DNA from: a virus | DNA length: 62,786 nt | Reading direction: 5' to 3' (one strand) | Virus record (IMG/VR): IMGVR_UViG_3300036975_000025 | Location: 1 to 62,786 of that record | Shown: piece after piece, positions 26,620 to 34,708 of the stretch | Layout: each line of letters opens with the position of its first letter | How positions within the stretch are numbered: the stretch's first letter is position 1 | The notes under the pieces: generated by a model | Seen by the model: the letters and a program-made list of their open reading frames with translations, nothing else | Told to the model about the DNA's origin: nothing | Database searches by the model: none | Made by a program: the position numbers and the translations under genes

Positions 26620-27600
26620 CAGTGCTGTTACCGCAGGGCCATTTAAGCCCTGCTTCTGCATGTCTCCATGCAGCTCAGACTATATCATCACCCTGTTCAC
26701 CTACAGAGTGCCGGGCGCTCGTGGGCAGGATTATTGTTGGGACTCACCCGCCTAGTCGTTGAACCTTCCTCAGAACCTTCGCCCTCTGAGGCTTGGCTGC
26801 TGATTGCCCTCGCCTTTACGTTAGGGGATTCCAGCAATTCACCCGGTTTTTCAGAGTAGTGAATGAATATATGGCAAGACTTGCAAACGGTTATACCGTC
26901 TTCAAGCCGGTGAAGGGCGACAACCATTTCAGCGATCTTTATCTTGTCCTCTGAATTTTCGATAGAAAGCTCAGGGTGGTCAGAAATAACCGCATCCATG
27001 ATGTCTTTGAGTGGCCTCAAATGGTGAACATGGTTATTGCGATAGTGTCCGCAAAGGCGGCAAGTGAAATTATCACGTTCCATTACCGGGAATGTCCAAA
27101 CAGGATAAAGCGCCCTTCGAATCATGTCCGTAAGGGTTGAAATGCCTCCCTGCCAATTGTGATGATTCTCCCCGGACCTATGCTTATTGGAGCAGGTAAT
27201 GCAGCGTTCAGCGTGATAAAACTTATTCAACTTGCATCCGCAATCAATACAATAAGCATCTGGAACATATTTTCGATAAATTCCAAGCCGTTGAGCCTGT
27301 GTTTTAATTGCAGGCTCAGTTCTGTCTAAATGTTCAACCATTTTTGCAAGTGGATATCCTTTGTCAGGATAATGCCGGGCAAGATACCTGTTCTCTGCTT
27401 TGGTCCAAGTAGTATGTGTACCGCAAAGGCCCAGTTGAGTCGCCTTATGCCTGATAGAGTTAACCGACCTCTCCAACTTTTCAGCAATGTCCATAGATAG
27501 ACCACGCCTATAATTGGCTATTAAAAAGTCGATTTCTTCTTTTTTCCACCTGCTAGCCATAGCCATATCTCACTATTCTGGAGCTAATTCATGCTACTTA
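26620..27600 (-). mobile_element. Group I intron (981 nt) with HNH homing-endonuclease ORF, inside the major capsid gene
   Basis: On the minus strand, P-like GAAUUGCUGGAAUCCCC (26824..26840), Q-like GCAAUCAGCAGCC (26795..26807), R-like GGUUCAACGACUAGG (26751..26765) and S-like GAUAUAGUC (26678..26686) occur in the canonical order. P4 (UUGCUG/CAGCAG) and P7 (GACUA/UAGUC) pairings are possible. 7-bp hairpins follow at 26630..26671. Confidence 0.8.
26697..27566 (-). CDS. Intron-encoded HNH homing endonuclease (289 aa)
   Basis: Two SANT/Myb-like repeats (WKKEEIDFL..., WTKAENRYL...), a Cys4 zinc module, and an HNH core CRLCGH..NNHVHHLRPL...CKSCHIFIH. The low-complexity C-terminus overlaps the intron core. 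Confidence 0.85.
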   Translation of the reverse strand: MAMASRWKKEEIDFLIANYRRGLSMDIAEKLERSVNSIRHKATQLGLCGTHTTWTKAENRYLARHYPDKGYPLAKMVEHLDRTEPAIKTQAQRLGIYRKYVPDAYCIDCGCKLNKFYHAERCITCSNKHRSGENHHNWQGGISTLTDMIRRALYPVWTFPVMERDNFTCRLCGHYRNNHVHHLRPLKDIMDAVISDHPELSIENSEDKIKIAEMVVALHRLEDGITVCKSCHIFIHYSEKPGELLESPNVKARAISSQASEGEGSEEGSTTRRVSPNNNPAHERPALCR

Positions 27601-27865
27601 ACTCGAAGTACGCAGCGTTCACGCTCTCACGGTCATCGCTCGAAAGCACATCCCCTCGGGAGTAGAACCCCGCTTCCTGGCCGTCATACTCCAGGGGCAC
27701 GCGGATCTTCTCACCGCCCTCGGGCCTCATCCAAATGCCCTTGTGCTGCTTGAGGAGATGGTTCAGGAGAAAACTGGTGTCGAAGTAGATATCGACTGCC
27801 TTGCCGTCCTCCAGCGCGAAATAATCGTTGGTGACGGACTCAAGTTCCTCGAATGTCAGAGCCAT
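27601..27865 (-). CDS. Major capsid protein, exon 1
   Basis: GGAGG RBS. The 93-aa track ORF ends in TAG 16 nt past the proposed 5' splice site (after U 27601). Sequence ...RGDVLSSDDRESVNAAYFE. Confidence 0.7.
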
Positions 27866-27890
27866 TTTCTATCGCCTCCATGAGGAGGGA

Positions 27891-28826
27891 TCAGGCCCCT
27901 GCCTGTTCAGCCCTTTTTGCTCTCAGCCTATGGACAAGGGCGCTTGTACTCCCTCCGAATTTGCTCGGATTTTTGAGTTCGGGACTCTCCGAGTGGGCAG
28001 ATACCGCCCTAGACCCGGATGCCCCGGCACCTTGCACGGAGGCCAGACGTTTGCTCGATCGGTTGGCTCGATCTTTCTCGATCGCATCCTGGACAGCCTT
28101 TTCGTGGTCTTCCTTCGACATAAGACCGTCCGACTTCAGGGCCCAGTACGCGGAGATCGCGTTATGCCCCGGATGGTTGTCGATGAAGGACTGAATTTCC
28201 TTCCGGTCCCACATCTGATCGAAATCGGGATGCTCAGAGGCGAATTGGTCAATGGTGTCGATGACCGCAGCTTGATACCCTTGGGTCCTGGACTGCTCCT
28301 GAAACTCCGACAGGGCACTGTTTCTGCCCTCATCCAAAATCGCCTTCAGGAAGCCCTTGGGGTCATCGTCCATCATCTCCCGAAGCTCATCCTCTTCCTT
28401 GTCGAGCAAGGATGGGGGTCTTTCACCGCCTTTTTCGTCTTTCTTGCTGAGCACCGCAGAGGTCAGTTCATCAACCTTCTGTTCCAACCGTGCCGCTCGT
28501 TCGTTGGCCTCGTCTCTCTGCTTTTTGATGCGTTGCCATGCGGGGTGCTTGTCGAAGCGTTCCTCGTCAGACTCACCCTTGTCCTCGGTCCCCTTCTTCT
28601 CCCCGCCTTCTTCATCACCGCCGGCATCCTTTTCCTGATCTCCGGTGTTATTCGCCCCCTCGGGTTCGGTGCCCACACCAACGGTGTTGACGAAATCAGG
28701 ATCAGTACTGGGTGCTTCGGGGATCGACGAGGACCCGCCATCGGTGTCACCGGAATTGGGGCTTGCCGCCCCTCCATCGGGTTCACCGGGAGCGTTTAGC
28801 GTCGAAATTCTGTCTTCATCCGGCAT
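27891..28826 (-). CDS. Scaffolding protein (311 aa)
   Basis: AAGGAG RBS before MPDEDRIS (an internal Met; the track N-terminus translates a terminator). Very acidic, coiled-coil, located between portal and capsid. Confidence 0.65.
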   Translation of the reverse strand: MPDEDRISTLNAPGEPDGGAASPNSGDTDGGSSSIPEAPSTDPDFVNTVGVGTEPEGANNTGDQEKDAGGDEEGGEKKGTEDKGESDEERFDKHPAWQRIKKQRDEANERAARLEQKVDELTSAVLSKKDEKGGERPPSLLDKEEDELREMMDDDPKGFLKAILDEGRNSALSEFQEQSRTQGYQAAVIDTIDQFASEHPDFDQMWDRKEIQSFIDNHPGHNAISAYWALKSDGLMSKEDHEKAVQDAIEKDRANRSSKRLASVQGAGASGSRAVSAHSESPELKNPSKFGGSTSALVHRLRAKRAEQAGA

Positions 28827-28853
28827 CTCGATACTCCTTCTCTTGGGTTGAAA

Positions 28854-28900
28854 TAAAAAAAGCCCGGGCCACTCCCCACGAATGAGGAACGACCCGGGCT
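28854..28900 (-). terminator. Rho-independent terminator within the late arm
   Basis: The minus strand reads AGCCCGGG...(24-nt loop)...CCCGGGCU followed by UUUUUUU. Confidence 0.7.
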
Positions 28901-29107
28901 TCAAAGTAACTCTCTCCCTATGAGAGAGGCTTTTCCGTTACCGGAACTTCAGTCTTACTTTTGTATTTTCCTCCAAGAAGGACTCGCCTATCCCCCCTTG
29001 GTTGATATTCACCTCTAATCGAAGTCTGAGTTGACCGCTGAAATCGGACTGGATACGGAGGGATATCCTCCGCTCAATCTCCTTGAGGATTTCGTCTATT
29101 TTGGGGT

Positions 29108-29302
29108 TCATTCACCAACGAGAACCTTGAAAAAGTTGTCCGCTTTTCTCTTGTCCACGCGCCTGGATGTTCGCCCAGGAAGCATGGCACCGGCTGCCGC
29201 CTGCATCGCACGCCTACGACCCATAAGGGTAGATGGACGGGTACGCCTTTTGCGTCGGCTCTGTTTACGGTCCTCGTCTCGTTTTTCCATAGTATCAGCC
29301 AT
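29108..29302 (-). CDS. Very basic small protein (64 aa)
   Basis: AAAGGAG RBS before MADTMEKRDEDRKQSRRKRRTRP...; Arg/Lys-rich. Confidence 0.5.
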   Translation of the reverse strand: MADTMEKRDEDRKQSRRKRRTRPSTLMGRRRAMQAAAGAMLPGRTSRRVDKRKADNFFKVLVGE

Positions 29303-29437
29303 TACTTTTTCTCCTTTTTGTTTCGCCAACCCCCGCCCTTCTTCTTGACCCAGCCAGTGGACTTGGCGCAAATCCCGTAGGCTTCCTCTTCGGTGTGACC
29401 TTCACCGATGACCGCCTGTACTCATCTATCCAGTTGT

Positions 29438-29848
29438 TTAGGCATGGCTTCGAATCTCCAATCGTCGGCGTTTCCTCAACCCCTTCATCATCCTGTCCAC
29501 ACGCTCAGGGCGTCTTTGTTCGAATTCCTCAAGGGGTTTCCTCCGGGTTCGCTCCTCCCCCGGTTCCATCGGGCGAAGACCCCTGGATTTCATCCACCGG
29601 TGGTAGTTCTCTCGAGTGGGATCTTTTCGAAACTGCACCGTGGCCGGGTCCTTGCTGTCCTTGTCCACCACATCAAGTACCGACTTGATCCAGCCAGCAT
29701 CGTTGTTGAAGCAGTTCACGCCCCCGTAGGACAGAATTCGCTTGGAATCGGCCCCACACTGAGGGCAGGGAAGCACCTCTTCATCCGCACTGACAATGGC
29801 CTCGAAGACATTACCACAGGATTGGCATTCGTTATCGTAAATCGGCAC
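29438..29848 (-). CDS. FmdB-type zinc-ribbon protein (136 aa)
   Basis: MPIYDNECQSCGNVFE...CPQCG is the N-terminal CxxC-x(n)-CxxC signature of the FmdB family. Confidence 0.6.
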   Translation of the reverse strand: MPIYDNECQSCGNVFEAIVSADEEVLPCPQCGADSKRILSYGGVNCFNNDAGWIKSVLDVVDKDSKDPATVQFRKDPTRENYHRWMKSRGLRPMEPGEERTRRKPLEEFEQRRPERVDRMMKGLRKRRRLEIRSHA

Positions 29849-29850
29849 TA

Positions 29851-30069
29851 TCAGCCTCCCTGAATAGGCTCGGGATCTAGAAAAATTTCTTTGGTTCTAA
29901 GGTCAACAGCGCACACAAAAATCAGAGGCGGCTCGCCTTCACGGGGAACAGGGAAACACATCCAAGGCAGAGAAACATGGCCGCCATTGTAATAATCTGG
30001 TCTTCGTAAGGCTCGCCCTTGCTGTTTAACCTCGACAACGTTCCAATGCTCCTTATCATTCGCTGGCAT
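29851..30069 (-). CDS. Hypothetical protein (72 aa)
   Basis: An internal ATG (MPANDKEHW) with a GGGAGA RBS is preferred over the track start at 30132, which overlaps the upstream gene by 77 nt. Confidence 0.4.
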   Translation of the reverse strand: MPANDKEHWNVVEVKQQGRALRRPDYYNGGHVSLPWMCFPVPREGEPPLIFVCAVDLRTKEIFLDPEPIQGG

Positions 30070-30451
30070 AAATCGTCTCCCATTGGTCGCTGTTTTGATA
30101 TCGAGCGCAGATTCGGTTGCATTCAATTTCAACTAATTCTGAGTAATCATCATGTGGAATAGATACCGAAAGCATCCCCTTCTTTTGCATTGCAATCAAC
30201 ATTTTACAAAGAGATTTCAGTATATCGGTGTGTTTTGTTTCTCTAAGTTTGACGCTATTATCAAATTTTTTTATTGTAGCTGTACCGTAAATAAAAGAAC
30301 GAATAATATCTGGAGAGTCTTGGCTATGGCCCCTGAGTTCAATGTAAGCGGTTTTATAAAGGCTAGTATGTCCTTCTGGTTCTCTCCATGGCCCAATAAC
30401 GGCAAGTTGCTCGGCCAGTTCCTCGGTAAGACCCGGTGTGATCTCAACCAT
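30056..30451 (-). CDS. Hypothetical protein (131 aa)
   Basis: Follows the portal gene after a 6-nt gap; more AT-rich than its neighbours. Confidence 0.5.
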   Translation of the reverse strand: MVEITPGLTEELAEQLAVIGPWREPEGHTSLYKTAYIELRGHSQDSPDIIRSFIYGTATIKKFDNSVKLRETKHTDILKSLCKMLIAMQKKGMLSVSIPHDDYSELVEIECNRICARYQNSDQWETIYASE

Positions 30452-30457
30452 AATGAG

Positions 30458-32770
30458 TTACTCCTGATTGTTTGACTTCATGCCCCGTTCTCGATAGGGC
30501 CCTTGCCCCCGCTTCTCCGCAGACTTCTGAGCCATGATGTCACTGACGATCTTGGCCCGGTTATCCCGCTCCTGCTCCCGCTCGTAGTTCATCCGGTGGA
30601 TCGACTCGGCCCGTTCGATCTTGAGCTTGCTCCAGTCCAGATCAACCCCTTGTGATTTGACCTGCTGCTCTACCCTTTCACTCCGGACCTTCTCGTAAGC
30701 CAAATCGGTTTCAGCCTCGACCTTCTGCGCCTCGGCGTCCTCCTTGGCAATCTCAGCCTGCTTCAGTTGCTGCTCAAGGACCTTCATCGGGTCTTCCTGG
30801 GGTTCCCCTCCCATAATCTGCTGTAGCATGGTCTGGAAGTCGGGCAATTCCCCCTTCTCCATGGCTTTCTTGAAGTCCTTGGGTTCCATGGTCTGGAGTT
30901 CCTGGAGGAACCCTACCAACTGTTCGGGCATCCCGAGCTCGGCGAGTCTCTGGAGCATATCGGCCAACGGTCCCATGTTCATCTTGTTGACCACCTGCCT
31001 CCAATTCGGCCAATTCAAGGCTTTCAGGAGTTCTTCAAGGGGAAGGGCATTCTTCTCATAGAGCGCCAAAGCCTCTTCCCGTTGCTGGACCCTGGAGGTG
31101 GGCATCATGGACCCGGAGACCACCGTCATTTTCGCTGGAAATATGAGGTCGGCACCAACGATCTGCTTGGAAACCTGCTCCCCACTCTCATCGGTGTAGG
31201 TGATATGGCGGGGTTCGGTGTACCAATTTTGCACCATTGAGACGTACATCCGGCCCCGTTCCCTGACGAGACGGGAATAATTCTCGAATTTTCCACGAAG
31301 CCGATCCGTCACCCGCTCGAGCAGGGCGGCAATAGCCTTGTACGCAATAACTTCCCGGCCCTCGGTCTGGGCCTGCTGGAGGGAGAATGTACCGGATACG
31401 AGGAAAAAGAGGTCCTTGGTGATTTCCAAGGCTTTGTACATATCAATAGGAGCTTGCGGGGGTTGAAGGTACTCGATCCCTTTGGAGGTCAGGTAGGAAG
31501 AGGGTCGAATGATGCCCGGGTAGTTGGTGAGTTCGGCGTTATCCACGCCCGAATCCATGGGATTCTTGATTTTGAGCCTTGCAGCCCGGTCCTTGAAGAG
31601 ATTGATCTGACTGAGGGTCTTGTTGATCTCGACCTGAAGCCCTTCCAACTGCTCGAAATCGCTCATGCCCCATGGGTGGGAGTCGTTTGTCTCTGAAACC
31701 GTGACGGTGAAGGGAAATTTATCGTACAGGTAGGTCCACTTGGCTTTTTCGGGGGGTAGGTTGGGGTTGATGTTCGGATTTCCACGGTCCTCAAGCACCA
31801 ACTCCCCGCCGTTACAAACGCGAATGTACCGGATGCCGCCCGGGTACTTCAGTTGCTGCTCACCGGTTTCAATCTTTTCGATTTGACCTGTACCACGGCC
31901 CTGGTCGTCCGCAACCTCCCGTTCTTCGACCATGGGGACCATGGTATCGTCCCGCACCCAGCATTCCACGGCTAGGGTCATTTTATCCAAGTGGCTGGCT
32001 GTACCTGCGGTGTTCTCCCCCAGCATCGCCTTGACCACGCTACCAATGCTGGTGAACCACCGTTGCATCCTTCCTTGACCGCCGGCCTGAATCTCCTTTC
32101 GGCTATCACCTATCTTGGAGAGCCATTCCGAGTCGGGCTTGATCTGCTTGGCTAAATTGGGGTACTCCTTCCGGAGCTTCCTTGTGGGAACGGGCTCGAA
32201 ATGAAAGTTGGCATCGGCCTTCTGGTTATCCTCACAGTCCAGCGGCCACATGCCGAAGTAGAAGGGGTGGATTCTTTCGGCTACCGCCTCCCCAATTCCG
32301 AATTCGGCATCCGGGTCGAAGCGGACCTTATCCACCACACACCCGGCGATCTCCCCGGTATCCACTTCCCGGCTGTAAATCTTGTGCTGCTCCTGAGATA
32401 ACCACCAATGCTGAGTGGTATGAACGAGATCCATGTACTTGTCTTCGTCAATCTCAGACCCACCGATCTTCTCCACGTCGAAAGTGGGGCTATTGGCTGT
32501 CAGGAGGTTCCGGGACTCAATTCTATGGGTGTGGAGGAGATTGGCCGAGCGGAGAGATGCCTTTTTCGAAGAACTCTTCCAGTGCTTATTCTGGGCGAGA
32601 CGCTCATGGTAGTGCCACTTCCGGGGAAGACCGAGAGACTCCTTGTCCTGAAGAATAGCGTCAAGGAGTTGGAACACCGTTCGCCCGACCTTCTTGTTTC
32701 CCTCGGGAGGAACGAGCTCTACCGACTCGTCCTCGTCTCGGATGGTATCGACTGTCTGTTCTTCAGGCAT
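30458..32770 (-). CDS. Portal protein (770 aa)
   Basis: Size and position downstream of terL. The N-terminal pattern ...NKHW...ANLLHTHRIESRNLLTANSPTFDV is typical of portal families. Acidic coiled C-terminus. Confidence 0.75.
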   Translation of the reverse strand: MPEEQTVDTIRDEDESVELVPPEGNKKVGRTVFQLLDAILQDKESLGLPRKWHYHERLAQNKHWKSSSKKASLRSANLLHTHRIESRNLLTANSPTFDVEKIGGSEIDEDKYMDLVHTTQHWWLSQEQHKIYSREVDTGEIAGCVVDKVRFDPDAEFGIGEAVAERIHPFYFGMWPLDCEDNQKADANFHFEPVPTRKLRKEYPNLAKQIKPDSEWLSKIGDSRKEIQAGGQGRMQRWFTSIGSVVKAMLGENTAGTASHLDKMTLAVECWVRDDTMVPMVEEREVADDQGRGTGQIEKIETGEQQLKYPGGIRYIRVCNGGELVLEDRGNPNINPNLPPEKAKWTYLYDKFPFTVTVSETNDSHPWGMSDFEQLEGLQVEINKTLSQINLFKDRAARLKIKNPMDSGVDNAELTNYPGIIRPSSYLTSKGIEYLQPPQAPIDMYKALEITKDLFFLVSGTFSLQQAQTEGREVIAYKAIAALLERVTDRLRGKFENYSRLVRERGRMYVSMVQNWYTEPRHITYTDESGEQVSKQIVGADLIFPAKMTVVSGSMMPTSRVQQREEALALYEKNALPLEELLKALNWPNWRQVVNKMNMGPLADMLQRLAELGMPEQLVGFLQELQTMEPKDFKKAMEKGELPDFQTMLQQIMGGEPQEDPMKVLEQQLKQAEIAKEDAEAQKVEAETDLAYEKVRSERVEQQVKSQGVDLDWSKLKIERAESIHRMNYEREQERDNRAKIVSDIMAQKSAEKRGQGPYRERGMKSNNQE

Positions 32771-33038
32771 CTACTACACCATACTCCTTGGCAAGAACTT
32801 CTTTCTTGTCTCGTAAAAGTTGATCTACCAAAGCCGATCTTGCGAAATAGGACGCAAAGACATTCTCGTAACCACCCCAAATCTGCTCGGTCACGGCATC
32901 CATCTCCTCAAAAGAAACGGTGGGGCATGGCCCCTTGCGTTTAGGGCGCGATAGATCCTCAAGCCAGAATTGAACCCGGAGCAATCCACTCCTGAGACGT
33001 TCAATCCCGCTAGCTGCCTTCCAGAATAAGTGCCTCAT
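32763..33038 (-). CDS. Hypothetical protein (91 aa)
   Basis: Overlaps the portal start by 8 nt. Confidence 0.5.
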   Translation of the reverse strand: MRHLFWKAASGIERLRSGLLRVQFWLEDLSRPKRKGPCPTVSFEEMDAVTEQIWGGYENVFASYFARSALVDQLLRDKKEVLAKEYGVVDA

Positions 33039-33223
33039 AAATTAACCTCTTGAAATTAGCTTCATGGCGACTCTGCGACGATCAGTGCCAGAGCGAAATC
33101 GGTTAAAGCCCGAGTATTTCGAGCGCCCCCGGGCAAGGCCCCTGTCCGAAACTTCAGACGCCCCGGAACCGGGCGTCAAGGAGGAACCAACCATGGAAAA
33201 GAAGCGTATGGGCACGCCCCCGG

Positions 33224-33568
33224 TCAGTTCATCGCCCCCCCGCCAGGGGAAACGAGCTTTTTTTCAACCGGCTGGATACGGCCAGGGTGGAGGGTCTGCA
33301 TGTACTGATGGTACAGTGACCCTTGCTTCTCCACCTCTTCCACCGGTATGATGACGCAATCCCCACGGATCGTGATCTCATCGCCCTTGTAGTCCTTGTC
33401 GGACTTGATAGACCGCATGGTCCGGGTAGGTGTTCCGCTTGGGCCCCGCTGGTAGGTAATCAGAACGGCCTCGGTCAGCGTAACCACCTGATCATAGTTG
33501 TTCTGCTTGGTGTACCCGATAAATTGGGTCGTAGGCGACATGATGTGAACCAGCCTTGCCTCTCTCAT
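33224..33568 (-). CDS. Hypothetical protein (114 aa)
   Basis: ATGA-type overlap with the upstream ORF. Confidence 0.5.
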   Translation of the reverse strand: MREARLVHIMSPTTQFIGYTKQNNYDQVVTLTEAVLITYQRGPSGTPTRTMRSIKSDKDYKGDEITIRGDCVIIPVEEVEKQGSLYHQYMQTLHPGRIQPVEKKLVSPGGGAMN

Positions 33569-33879
33569 TTCTTCCCCCGTGTCTTGGTTCGAATTGCTAA
33601 TTTGAGTTGGCGCCGGGTATCCTTTCGAAGCTTGGTCAGGAACTTCGACAGGTCATGCCTCTCGTTCGGGTATGAGCGCATGATCTCGGGTGCGGCCTTA
33701 TTGAACACCCCGAGAACAACGTCAGACACGTCGGAGGCCGACGCGAGGCCCATATCGAAGTACTTGAGGGCCAGGTCGGGGATGGAAACGCCCTCGAGGG
33801 CGTCAATGGCCATGGCCTGCCTATCGTCGGGTTTGATGGCTTCTGGTTTCATTTGTTCCTCTCCGGGTTCAGCTTGCAC
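33565..33879 (-). CDS. Hypothetical protein (104 aa)
   Basis: Lies in the operon between terL and portal. Confidence 0.5.
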   Translation of the reverse strand: MQAEPGEEQMKPEAIKPDDRQAMAIDALEGVSIPDLALKYFDMGLASASDVSDVVLGVFNKAAPEIMRSYPNERHDLSKFLTKLRKDTRRQLKLAIRTKTRGKK

Positions 33880-34466
33880 CGGTGATTGACATGCCGGCTC
33901 AGGCTAGATGGATGTTTGAATCCCCTACCGCAATAGGGGCAAATGTGGGGCTTGTCGGGGTCCACAGGCCTCTCAGGGGCCTTGGGTTCCTCTTCCTTGG
34001 GAAACTCAGCCTCAATCGCCTCCTGGTTCTTCTCTTCGAGCGATTTCGATTCCTCCTCGTACTCTCCCCACTCTTGGTTGATTCGTTTCTGCCGCTCATC
34101 CTCAACCGTGGGTTCTCTGGGGATTTCCGGATCTCCGATCTCCCAATAGCCGTACCGGGTGAGAATCTGAGTGACATGCTGGCCGGCTTCCCGATGATTG
34201 CCAGTTTGGACAAACACGGGTAGGCCGCAGAACAGGCACCTGAGCGTTCTCCAATCAAACGCCTTCGGGCTTCTCGCCGCCGCGGGAAACGCCCACATCA
34301 TGTCTTTGCTCGACGGCTTGATCCCCTGGAACATGGTAGCCTCAACCGGCACCGTAATGTCCTTGGGGTTGAAGAAGCCGAGTTCAAACCGGCAATGGGG
34401 ACACACCAGCACCGCATGGCCCGGAGGAATCGCACACTTGACCTTGTTGCCCCTGCTATATTTCAT
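33849..34466 (-). CDS. Multi-zinc-finger protein (205 aa) with C-terminal C2H2/C2HC-like finger
   Basis: CPHC...CLFC zinc-ribbon pairs, an acidic linker, then HICPYCGRGFKHPSSLSRHVNHRC (C-x2-C-x12-H-x2-H-x-C). Confidence 0.55.
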   Translation of the reverse strand: MKYSRGNKVKCAIPPGHAVLVCPHCRFELGFFNPKDITVPVEATMFQGIKPSSKDMMWAFPAAARSPKAFDWRTLRCLFCGLPVFVQTGNHREAGQHVTQILTRYGYWEIGDPEIPREPTVEDERQKRINQEWGEYEEESKSLEEKNQEAIEAEFPKEEEPKAPERPVDPDKPHICPYCGRGFKHPSSLSRHVNHRCKLNPERNK

Positions 34467-34708
34467 GTCCTCACCGTGGGAACCCGGGAATCATCCTCAC
34501 CGTCCCAGATTTCATCTTCGATGTACCCGCCCTCGGGATCGTTATATGGACCGCTCATCTCCGGAGCGCGGGACTGCGTGACAGTCGTAACTGATTTATC
34601 CCGCCTCGCCATAAACCCCATGACAAACCCGAACAGGACCAGAACAAAAAAGGCGACCAGAAGGGCCGCCGCTGCGATTGCCGCTTGCGCCATGGATATC
34701 TCGATCAT
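34463..34708 (-). CDS. Small membrane protein (81 aa)
   Basis: TM segment AAIAAAALLVAFFVLVLFGFVMGFMA; 4-nt overlaps on both sides. Confidence 0.55.
   Translation of the reverse strand: MIEISMAQAAIAAAALLVAFFVLVLFGFVMGFMARRDKSVTTVTQSRAPEMSGPYNDPEGGYIEDEIWDGEDDSRVPTVRT

Noticed and set aside
25919-26755. 278-aa plus-strand ORF; similar long antisense ORFs at 27828..28799, 14839..15765, 20828..21766, 11061..11717 and 3689..4231
   Set aside because: All are antisense to strongly supported minus-strand genes (capsid, scaffold, giant protein, 869-aa protein, phosphoesterase). They show Arg/Pro/Gly-rich shadow composition and no RBS.
26620-27600. Intein, or two independent genes, as an explanation for the split capsid gene
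   Set aside because: The HNH ORF is in a different frame and is bounded by stop codons in the capsid frame, so an in-frame intein is impossible. The 79-codon open stretch upstream of ATG 26437 lacks any ATG/GTG/TTG, which argues against an independent second gene. The P/Q/R/S elements favour a group I intron.
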